A DNA stretch of 57,176 nt from Thermoplasmata archaeon (lineage in GTDB: Archaea; Thermoplasmatota; Thermoplasmata; Lutacidiplasmatales; UBA184), in the NCBI GenBank assembly GCA_022750125.1, contig JAKIWH010000001.1, forward strand, positions 1 through 57,176. Direction: 5' to 3'. A model generated the notes under the pieces. It did not search any database. It was not told the DNA's origin and worked only from the letters and a program-made list of their open reading frames with translations. Positions 1 to 7,275 of this stretch are shown here, in pieces. The position numbers and the translations under genes are program-made. The number at the start of each line of letters is the position of its first letter. Position 1 is the stretch's first letter.

Positions 1-66
1 TGGCAGAATGGTTAATGCGACGGACTGCAGATCCGGTTCCTGGGGGTTCGATTCCCTCCCTTGGCT
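1..66 (+). tRNA. tRNA-Cys: tRNA-Cys(GCA), 5' end (acceptor strand) cut off by the window edge
   Basis: Anticodon stem-loop is acgga/CTGCAGA/tccgg, giving anticodon GCA. T arm is ggggg-TTCGATT-ccctc. 3' acceptor strand is ccttggc followed by discriminator T (U73 is typical of tRNA-Cys). Window base 1 corresponds to tRNA position 8. No encoded CCA (next bases are cct). Confidence 0.85.
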
Positions 67-398
67 CCTCCCCTCAACGCCGGGGGCTCGGCGCTTCCGC
101 CACGTGCAGAGCTCAAACTTCTAGGCTTGGGCCGAGCAGTTCCACCTCGAGGGGAAAGAAGGACCTATCGAAATTCGTACCCGCGTTGACGACCGTTTAT
201 TAGGATGGGTCAACGCTCGACCGTCGGGGTGAAGGGACGCCGGCGGCCCCTAAGTTCCGGTCGATCCGTCGACTCGCTCCGGCTCCATCCCACCGAGCAG
301 GTCCACCCGAACGTCGGGGCCGAACGGAACGCCGTACCCGACTGCGCCGTCTCCCATTCCTCTCGGCGCTGAGCGCGGCCCTAGCCATTGGGCTCACC

Positions 399-2480
399 GT
401 GGCGCTCGCCGGGGGGCCCGCGCTGACGGCCCTACTCGACTCTCGGCCGCAGGGCGCTCCCGCGCCCTCGTTTCGAGCGGAAGCGGCCGGCGCGGCGGGC
501 GCCCTCCACGTGGGTCCGCCGATTGCGGCGACCCCCCCGGACTTCTGGTCGCTCGTCCTCCAAACGACATGTCCGAACTGTATCACCACCCAGCCGTTCA
601 TCGGCGCCTACCTCAACGCGACCCCCTTCACGACCTTCCGTGTCGGACAGGACAGCGACCAGTGCAACGCCTCCGCGGACGTGCAGTACGGCGACAACGG
701 GGCTCCGATGGGGCCGTGCAGCACCAACCTCTCGGCGTACCGCTCCTGGTGTGGGTCGCGCGCGCCGCACTGCGAGTCGATTGTCGACCTGCCCGCCGAG
801 AACAACAACAGCGCCGAGGACGCCGCCATCGCGCAGTACATCGTTGACACGGTGGGGTTCCAACCTGAGTACTGGGCGATCGGCAACGAACCGATGGGGT
901 GGAAGCATTACGGTATTCCCTGGTCGCACTGGTCGGTCTCCGACCATTCCACCCCTACGCCCATCGCGTTCGCGTACGACGCCCGCGCGGTCATCGCAGC
1001 CGTCCGCGCGGTCGACCCTTCGGCCCGGTTCATCGGCATTCAGGGTGCCTGCGAGTGCAACGGGGACTACTTCCAGGCGGATGTGGAAGTGAACGGTCCC
1101 AACCTTTCCGGGATCGCCTACCACACCTATCCTTCCACCGCCCGGTCCACCTTCGAGACGCTCCAGCAGTTCTACGACCCCCTCGCGAGTTCGACCAACA
1201 TTACCACGAGCTACGCCAAGGTGCGGGCGTCGGTTGTGGGCCACTGCGTCCCCTGCAGCACGCTCCCCATCTTCGTCACGGAGTACAACGCCGGCCCCGG
1301 CTGGGCCCCCTCGAACTGGGGAGGAACGTATGCCAACGCCGTGTTCCTCGCCGCGTCGGCGACCCAGGCGCTCCAGGCGAACGTCACGCGCTGGGCCATT
1401 TCGGACTTGCAGACCTACGCCACGAGCTCCGCCGACTTCTCTTTGATGACGGCCGACGGCACCGTGCGGCCGCCGGGGCTACTGTTCTCGGCCGTGCTCA
1501 GCCACCTGGCCGTCGGCGAGGTGCTCGGGACCCAGGTCCGGACGCCGGTGTCGAGCGTCTGGGCCGTCGTGAGCCGGAACGCCTCGATGACGAGCCTCCT
1601 CCTCGTGAACGCGAACCTCGAGAGCTCCGTCTCGCTGAATCTCCCCGCCCCCTTTTTTCCGGATGACCCGGCCACCTTCTACCAGTGGTCCCCCGCGACC
1701 CTGACTCCAAGGATCGAGCCGGGTTTCCTCGCCCCGGTCCTGACGGTTCCGCCTCAGGGGATCCTGCTGGTGGACGAGCCGACCGGCGCGGCCCCGCTCG
1801 CGGCGGCCGCCTCCGCGATCCCCGCGGTCGTTCCCAACACGGTCTCCTTCAGCCTGAACACCACCGGCGGCGAGGCGCCGTACCGTAGCGTCTGGGGCTT
1901 TGGAGACGGCGGAGCGTCCGGCGCGGCTAACGTCAGCCACACCTACTCCTCCCCGGGGCCGTACCAGGCGACCGTCGCCGTAACCGATGCCACGGGGGCG
2001 ACGAGCGTAGCGGAGCTGACGGTGACCTTCGCGCCCGGCCTCCCGGCCCTCCGAGCCGCCTGCGACGCCGGGCCCGTCTCCGGCGCGGCCCCGCTTGCCC
2101 TGTTTGCCCGATGCCTGGGGACGGGCGGTCCTGCGCCGTCTGCTTACACTTGGACGCTGGGAGATGGCGTCCACGTGGACGGATCGCAGGTCGAGCGCAC
2201 GTTCACGCAAGCGGGAACCTATCGCGTCAGCGTCCAGGCGAACGAGAGCGGAGCGATAGTCGTTCTCGGAAGCTGGAATGTCAGCGTGGCCGCCGGACCG
2301 CCTCCGGTGCCGGATCCTGCCCCCGAAGCGCGATCGGGTGGCGGCCTCACGTACGGCCTCGAAGCAGGCCTCGTCGCCGGGGTCGCTTCGATGGTACCGT
2401 ATCTCCTGCACCGATCCCGGTCGCGAGCCCGGGGTCCGCCGGTCCCTCCCGGTCGCGACGGCAGTAGGTTCCCACCATGA
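399..2480 (+). CDS. Secreted clan GH-A (TIM-barrel) glycoside hydrolase with two PKD-like domains and a C-terminal membrane anchor
   Basis: AIGNEPMGW (NEP acid/base motif) and FVTEYNAGPGW (nucleophile Glu motif). Two PKD-like modules (SVWGFGDGGASG...SHTYSSPGPYQATVAVTD; YTWTLGDGVHVDG...FTQAGTYRVSV). C-terminal hydrophobic helix plus Arg-rich tail. Start is uncertain: the hydrophobic leader continues upstream of the first canonical start codon. Confidence 0.85.
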   Translation: MALAGGPALTALLDSRPQGAPAPSFRAEAAGAAGALHVGPPIAATPPDFWSLVLQTTCPNCITTQPFIGAYLNATPFTTFRVGQDSDQCNASADVQYGDNGAPMGPCSTNLSAYRSWCGSRAPHCESIVDLPAENNNSAEDAAIAQYIVDTVGFQPEYWAIGNEPMGWKHYGIPWSHWSVSDHSTPTPIAFAYDARAVIAAVRAVDPSARFIGIQGACECNGDYFQADVEVNGPNLSGIAYHTYPSTARSTFETLQQFYDPLASSTNITTSYAKVRASVVGHCVPCSTLPIFVTEYNAGPGWAPSNWGGTYANAVFLAASATQALQANVTRWAISDLQTYATSSADFSLMTADGTVRPPGLLFSAVLSHLAVGEVLGTQVRTPVSSVWAVVSRNASMTSLLLVNANLESSVSLNLPAPFFPDDPATFYQWSPATLTPRIEPGFLAPVLTVPPQGILLVDEPTGAAPLAAAASAIPAVVPNTVSFSLNTTGGEAPYRSVWGFGDGGASGAANVSHTYSSPGPYQATVAVTDATGATSVAELTVTFAPGLPALRAACDAGPVSGAAPLALFARCLGTGGPAPSAYTWTLGDGVHVDGSQVERTFTQAGTYRVSVQANESGAIVVLGSWNVSVAAGPPPVPDPAPEARSGGGLTYGLEAGLVAGVASMVPYLLHRSRSRARGPPVPPGRDGSRFPP

Positions 2481-2489
2481 GGAGAGTCC

Positions 2490-3145
2490 GGAGCCGGCGC
2501 CGGACGAGTCGGGGACCCGCACCGTACGGTGCCGTCCCCCGGGAGCCCCCCGTCGGGAACCGGGCGAACGCCCCGAACCAGTGGTTCGCCGCTCCGTCCG
2601 CGAAGACCGGATAGGTCTCCACGACCCCACCTCCGGCGCGCCGGGTCGCCCCCAAGGCCGCCCGTAGCCCGAGCCGTGCCGCCCCGCGGTGCCGCCTCGA
2701 GGGGGGGACGAGGAGGCAGGCGATCCGCCAGTGCGCGGGGGCGTGCCCGCGGCCCGGAACACGCGGTATCTGCGGCCACCGTCGATCAAGGGTGGCTCCG
2801 TGACGCGTCCGAACTGGCACCACCCCACCGTCTCGCCGTCCTAGGAGCCCAGGATTCCGCGGGACCCTCCCTCCCGTACCCGGGCCCGGCGGTCCCGACG
2901 GTTGCGTTCCGAGCGCGCCTCTGGGTGCGGCTCGTGACCGCGGTCGGCCCGGTGGTAGTGCACGCATCGGCAATCTACCGCCACGCCTCGGAAGCGGCCG
3001 AAGAGCGCTTCGAAATCGGCCCACGTCGAGGGGGTGAGGCCGAGGAGAAGGTTGGAGAAGCACCAGCGGCCGAAGGTGCCCCTGAACAGCTTCGCGGAGG
3101 AGACGAGCGAGCGCCAGGCGCGGTTCTCCTCCAGAGGATCACGGT
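2490..3145 (-). pseudogene. Decayed chimeric duplicate: fragment of the 5190..6083 membrane-protein gene fused to a GNAT gene copy, with an in-frame TAG and a frameshift
   Basis: The reverse strand reads ...EENRAWRSLVSSAKLFRGTFGRWCFSNLLLGL-TPSTWADFEALFGRFRGVA...GILGS*DGETVGWCQFGRV...RVFRAAGT then shifts frame to APAHWRIACLLVPPSRRHRGAARLGLRAAL...RLVRRRL. Compare the intact neighbours: 5190..6083 (YEENSAWRSLVRSAKLFGGTFGRWFFTNLLLGL) and 4509..5183 (TTWADFEAFFGRFRGVAGG...GILVYHDGEPVGWCQFGRV...ADWRITCFFVAPSKRQRGAARFGLRAAL). Stop codon at 2841..2843 (cta on the + strand); 1-nt frameshift near 2740. Confidence 0.75.
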
Positions 3146-3288
3146 CTCACGTTGAAACGCTCGCGGCGCGCCCTCCACGATCCGAGCCGAGTGGCCCAAC
3201 CCTCTCCCTCGTCAGAGGGCGAGGGGAGCCGCTTGGAGCAACGGCTTAGAGAGCTCCGCGGCTCCCTTCGCGTGTCCCGGACGGGGAG

Positions 3289-4458
3289 TTGAGGCGCCGG
3301 AAGGACTCGCCGACAACGGGAGAGCTGGACGGCGCTCCGCGGAGCGTCCGTCGGCGCACGCGACTCCCACGACGCGCTCGCGGCCCGAGCCCCGAGGATG
3401 CGATCTCCGCGTCGCCCCCGCGGTGGGGCGAGATCGGCCGACTCGCGCAAGTCCTCCTCGGCCTCTTTTCGGTGGGGTTCGCCGTCGTCGTACTCGCGTC
3501 CCCCCAGATCTCCCCCACCGGGCTCCTCCTCCTGCTCGCCGAGGCGGTGGGGTTGATCTCGGCCCAGACGATTCTCGCGGGGGGTCGGCTCCTCACCCGG
3601 GACGATGCGGGGTTCCACCTGCCGCGCTCCTGGCGCCGGAGGGTCCAGTCGCTGGGGATCGTCGGGGTCGGGCTCGTCGCGCTCGGGTTGGCCGCCTTCG
3701 CCGTCCTCGACCCGGCCCTCGCGGAGACCGCCGCCCTCGCCGCGCTCTCCCTGGCGCTCGTTTCCCAGGGGTTCGGGCGCGTGCTCCAGGGCACGGGCGT
3801 CGACCTCCCCCGGTGGCTTCGCGGCTCCACGCTCGGCACGGGCGTGCTGAGCGTCCTCCTCGTGCTCCTCGCGATCGCGTTCAATGGATTCGCCCTCACG
3901 GCGTTCGCGATCTTGGTCGGGGTCATCCTCATCATCACTGGAGTGGAGACGGTGGTCGCGGGGCTCCACCCGACCGACCCCCGCCAGTTCGTCCTGCTGA
4001 AGCTCGTCCTCTTCTCGGCGTTCTACGGCCTCATCCTGATCAATTGGATCGACCTCTACGGAAAGAGCGTCCCCGCGTACGGGGTCTGGCTCATCCTCAC
4101 CTACATGGCCCCGTTCGGGGTGCTCATCGTCTTCGAGGGCTGGCAGTCCTGGCCGCTCGCCACGAGCTTGGGCCTGCTCGTCTCCCTCAACAACGACCTG
4201 GGCTACTTCTTCGTGGGCAATCTGATCTTCGGATTCCACGTCCCGCTCGGCCCCTGGATTGCGGGCCAGCTCGGACTTGAGGGTTCGACAATCGTGACGA
4301 CCTTCGACGCCGGTCGTCTGACCTTCGACGTCACCTCGTGGATGATGGGACTCTCGATCTACGTACGGGCCGCCGTGGTCGGGCTCATCCTGTACTATTG
4401 GTGGCAGCATCCGGGAGAGATCGTGGCTCGAAGCGCGCCGCCGCCGGCGGCGACGTAG
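3289..4458 (+). CDS. Polytopic integral membrane protein, family unassigned
   Basis: Long ORF with many hydrophobic helices (LLGLFSVGFAVVVLA, LLLLLAEAVGLISAQTIL, IVGVGLVALGLAAFAVL, VLSVLLVLLAIAFNGFALTAFAILVGVILIITGV and others). The only canonical start upstream of the first helix is TTG at 3289, so the start is uncertain. Confidence 0.7.
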   Translation: MRRRKDSPTTGELDGAPRSVRRRTRLPRRARGPSPEDAISASPPRWGEIGRLAQVLLGLFSVGFAVVVLASPQISPTGLLLLLAEAVGLISAQTILAGGRLLTRDDAGFHLPRSWRRRVQSLGIVGVGLVALGLAAFAVLDPALAETAALAALSLALVSQGFGRVLQGTGVDLPRWLRGSTLGTGVLSVLLVLLAIAFNGFALTAFAILVGVILIITGVETVVAGLHPTDPRQFVLLKLVLFSAFYGLILINWIDLYGKSVPAYGVWLILTYMAPFGVLIVFEGWQSWPLATSLGLLVSLNNDLGYFFVGNLIFGFHVPLGPWIAGQLGLEGSTIVTTFDAGRLTFDVTSWMMGLSIYVRAAVVGLILYYWWQHPGEIVARSAPPPAAT

Positions 4459-4508
4459 GTCGCCTCGCAGCCGTTTCCTCCGAGAGCGGCAGGGATGGCC
4501 GCTGGACG

Positions 4509-5183
4509 CTAGCGCCGGATTCGACCGGCGCCGGTCGCTCCCCCGGCCCGCCTCGAGCCAGGAAGCAGCCGGCGGCGGACGAGGCGGTGGTGCGCACCGT
4601 ACGGAGCTGTTTCGCGAAACCCCTCGCGCGTGAACATCGATAGGGTGCCGAACCAGTGGTTCATCGCGGCACCGCGCGTGATGGGGTACGCCTCGACGAC
4701 CCCGCCGCCCGCGTTGCGGATCGCTTGGAGTGCGGCACGGAGCCCGAACCGTGCCGCGCCACGCTGGCGCTTCGAGGGGGCGACGAAGAAGCAGGTGATT
4801 CGCCAGTCGGCCGGCGCTGTGCCGGCCGCGAGGAGGGCGCGGTACGTCCGGCCAGCTTCGACGAGGGGAAGTTCCTCCACGCGACCAAACTGGCACCATC
4901 CGACGGGCTCGCCGTCGTGGTAGACGAGGATTCCGTGGGCGCGTCCCCTTCCCACGAGCGCGCGATGATCGCGTCGGTTCTGTTCGGCGCGCGCGGGGGT
5001 GTGCGGCGCGTGGTCCCGCTCGGCCCGGTGGTAGTACATGCACCAGCATCCGCCCGCGACGCCGCGGAACCGGCCGAAGAACGCTTCGAAGTCGGCCCAG
5101 GTCGTGGCGGAAAGCTCCGCGGTTCGGAAGCTGTTGGACGGTCCCTGGGTGGAGGCGCCTTCGCGCACGATACCCCGAGGCAC
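4509..5183 (-). CDS. GNAT-family N-acetyltransferase (intact copy)
   Basis: GNAT-like core (ILVYHDGEPVGWCQFG...ITCFFVAPSKRQRGAARFGLRAALQAIRNAGGGVVEAYP). The uninterrupted frame contrasts with the decayed paralogue at 2490..3145. Confidence 0.85.
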   Translation of the reverse strand: MPRGIVREGASTQGPSNSFRTAELSATTWADFEAFFGRFRGVAGGCWCMYYHRAERDHAPHTPARAEQNRRDHRALVGRGRAHGILVYHDGEPVGWCQFGRVEELPLVEAGRTYRALLAAGTAPADWRITCFFVAPSKRQRGAARFGLRAALQAIRNAGGGVVEAYPITRGAAMNHWFGTLSMFTREGFRETAPYGAHHRLVRRRLLPGSRRAGGATGAGRIRR

Positions 5184-5189
5184 GCGACC

Positions 5190-6083
5190 CTAACCCGAGC
5201 GGAGCGGGGGCGGCGGAGGGGGAGGGAGCGGCTGGAAGCCGGCGACCGCGGGGAGCGTGGAGGGGAGGAAGGCGGGGTCCACCTGGCCCGTGGTTGCGTA
5301 CCGGTACAGGGCGGCGCGCAGGACCCCTTCGACGGTGGTCGCGAAGATCATGGCGAACACCCAGACCACGACGGCGACGAGGAGAAGAGCGATGCCGAGC
5401 GCGAGCGAGGTCCCGAGAAGGAGAAGGCCCGCGATGAACGGGACGAGTCCAAGAAGGAACACTCCGACGATGATGAGGCCGAGGAGGAGGTTCGTGAAGA
5501 ACCACCGACCGAAGGTGCCCCCGAACAACTTCGCCGAGCGGACGAGCGAGCGCCAGGCGCTGTTCTCCTCGTAGAGGATGACCGGCAGGACGAAGTAGGT
5601 CGCAACGCTCCAGGTGATCCCCGCGCCGACCGCGATGAGGAGCCCGACGATCCCGCGGAACCGCGAGGCGATCGCGCGAATGAGCAGCCCCACGGTCCCC
5701 GCGATCAGGCTCCACACGAGGAGCCGTCCCCTGCGGCCCCAGGCGATCCGGAGACCGTCGCCGACGGTCGCGTTCTTCCCGTCGAGCTTCAGCATCGAGG
5801 CGCCGATGAGCGCAGCGAAGAAGAAGTTCGAAAGGAACACGAGTACGAAGTAGAGGACGAGGAAGGAGACGACGATGAGCGCCGTACCGCCCGTCGTGTG
5901 GACGAACGCGAGCATCCCGCTTGGGTTCAGCAGGAACAGAGTAAGGTACGGAACGAACACCACCGCCACCGCGGCGATCATGAGGAGACCGCTCAGCAGC
6001 GGGAGCAGCAGAAGCGCCCGGTCCTCGCGGACCGTACGGAGGACGGCCTTGGTAATGCGCACCGAGTCAGACCAGCGCCCCAT
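5190..6083 (-). CDS. Polytopic membrane protein, family unassigned
   Basis: ATG at 6083. About 6 hydrophobic helices and a Pro-rich C-terminal tail. TATA-like box about 35 nt upstream (6113..6122). A 90-nt fragment of this gene is duplicated at 3046..3145. Confidence 0.75.
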   Translation of the reverse strand: MGRWSDSVRITKAVLRTVREDRALLLLPLLSGLLMIAAVAVVFVPYLTLFLLNPSGMLAFVHTTGGTALIVVSFLVLYFVLVFLSNFFFAALIGASMLKLDGKNATVGDGLRIAWGRRGRLLVWSLIAGTVGLLIRAIASRFRGIVGLLIAVGAGITWSVATYFVLPVILYEENSAWRSLVRSAKLFGGTFGRWFFTNLLLGLIIVGVFLLGLVPFIAGLLLLGTSLALGIALLLVAVVVWVFAMIFATTVEGVLRAALYRYATTGQVDPAFLPSTLPAVAGFQPLPPPPPPPLRSG

Positions 6084-6112
6084 GGATGTCCGGGAATGTA
6101 CTCGGTCCGAAC

Positions 6113-6122
6113 GGGTATAACG
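6113..6122 (-). promoter_or_regulatory. TATA-like box (cgTTATAccc on the - strand) for 5190..6083
   Basis: AT-rich island in GC-rich DNA, centred about 35 nt upstream of the ATG at 6083. Confidence 0.4.
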
Positions 6123-6177
6123 ATACCTTCCACGGGCAACCCCTTCGCGGAACGGTTAACTCGGCCGGTACGGTCCG

Positions 6178-7179
6178 GTGCCCCTCGAACGGACCGTGAA
6201 GGCGCTTGTCCTGGTAGGCGGGTTCGGCACCCGCCTACGCCCCATCACCTACGCGCTTCCGAAGCAGCTCATCCCGCTCGCAGGGAAGCCGATGCTCTAC
6301 CACGTGCTCGACCAGCTGCCGGCCGACATCGAGGAGGTGGTGTTCGCGAGCGGCTACAAGGCGGACGTGCTCGAACGGTATCTCACGCAACACCCACTCC
6401 GGTGGCCGACCCGAACCGTCCCGGAGGCGACGCCGCTCGGGACCGGAGGCGGGATGCGGAACGCGGGAGCCGGACTTTCCGACCCGTTCCTCGTCCTCAA
6501 CTCGGACGTGATCGCGGAGATCGACGTCCCGGGCCTCATCCGTCTCCATGCCCACCGCGGCGGGGTGGGCGCGCTCTCCCTCTCGGAGGTCGAGGACACC
6601 CGACCGTACGGCGTGGCCGCCCTAGGGGCCGACGACCGGATCGAGCGGTTCGTGGAGAAGCCAACCCCCGAGGCCGCGCCGTCCCACTGGATCAACGCGG
6701 GGCTCTCCATCTGGCGGAAGTCGGTGCTCGAGAGGATTCCCGAAGGTCGAGCTGTGAGTTGGGAGACGGAGATCGTGCCTGGACTCCTCTCGGAGGGAGT
6801 GTTCGGGTTCCGGTGTCCCGGGTTCTGGGAAGACGCAGGTACCCCCGAGCGACTGCTGCATTCGCAACGACTTCTCTTCGACGCCGGTCGTGGGGGCCCC
6901 GCGAAGCTCCCCGACGGGAGCCGAGGGCGTGGTCCGGTGGCTTTTGCCCCTTCCGTGCGCGCCGAAGGGGCGGAGTTCGGCGGGTACGTCCACCTGGATG
7001 CCGACGTCCGGTTGGGCGCAGGCTCCTTCGTGGAGGATTCCATCCTGATGGAGGGCGTGCAGGTCGGTCCCAACGCCCACGTTCGCCACGCGATCCTCGG
7101 CCCGCACGTTCGAGTGGCGTCGGATGCCGCCGTGGACGGCGAGGTGCTGGCGAGCAACCTGGATTCGCGAGCCCCGTAG
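6178..7179 (+). CDS. Sugar-1-phosphate nucleotidyltransferase (NDP-sugar pyrophosphorylase) with a C-terminal left-handed beta-helix
   Basis: KALVLVGGFGTRLRPITYALPKQLIPLAGKPML is the GGxGTRLxPxT signature. The C-terminal region has hexapeptide-like repeats. An alternative GTG start at 6196 would give the canonical MKALVL N-terminus. Confidence 0.88.
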   Translation: MPLERTVKALVLVGGFGTRLRPITYALPKQLIPLAGKPMLYHVLDQLPADIEEVVFASGYKADVLERYLTQHPLRWPTRTVPEATPLGTGGGMRNAGAGLSDPFLVLNSDVIAEIDVPGLIRLHAHRGGVGALSLSEVEDTRPYGVAALGADDRIERFVEKPTPEAAPSHWINAGLSIWRKSVLERIPEGRAVSWETEIVPGLLSEGVFGFRCPGFWEDAGTPERLLHSQRLLFDAGRGGPAKLPDGSRGRGPVAFAPSVRAEGAEFGGYVHLDADVRLGAGSFVEDSILMEGVQVGPNAHVRHAILGPHVRVASDAAVDGEVLASNLDSRAP

Positions 7180-7244
7180 AGCTTCCACGGGTCCCTCCCG
7201 AATCCCGATGAGTTCAGCGTACAACCGACGTACCAGGAGGCCGC

Positions 7245-7253
7245 GTTTAAGAA
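7245..7253 (+). promoter_or_regulatory. TATA-like box GTTTAAGAA
   Basis: About 27 nt upstream of the ATG at 7276, implying a leaderless or very short-leader transcript. The same GTTTAAGAA string recurs at 35601. Confidence 0.45.
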
Positions 7254-7275
7254 CCCGGCGCGCGCCCTCCTATCG

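Noticed and set aside
1-2480. Integrated element at the tRNA-Cys gene
   Set aside because: There is no integrase, and I found no second copy of the tRNA 3' end (ggttcgattccctcc) in the window. The adjacent gene is an ordinary secreted hydrolase.
1479-2828. 449-aa - strand ORF overlapping the glycoside hydrolase gene
   Set aside because: Only its first ~30 codons (MGWCQFGRVTEPPLIDGGRRY...) are meaningful, and they belong to the decayed GNAT copy. The rest is antisense to the GH/PKD gene.
2841-2843. In-frame TAG in the GNAT copy as a recoding event (pyrrolysine or read-through)
   Set aside because: The same copy also carries a frameshift and a deletion fusion. TAG is used as an ordinary stop by several confident genes here (stops at 4458, 10410, 11619, 42826). 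A pseudogene is the simpler reading.
3200-3226. Imperfect hairpin ccctctccctc-gtca-gagggcgaggg
   Set aside because: It has one mismatch and lies in a divergent promoter region rather than at a gene end. There is no T-tract and no evidence of function.
3139-5715. 858-aa ORF on the - strand (and the 851-aa + strand ORF 4656..7211)
   Set aside because: The translations are Arg/Pro/Gly/Asp-rich low-complexity sequence typical of out-of-frame or antisense reading of GC-rich genes. They overlap ORFs with clear families (GNAT, membrane protein, nucleotidyltransferase).
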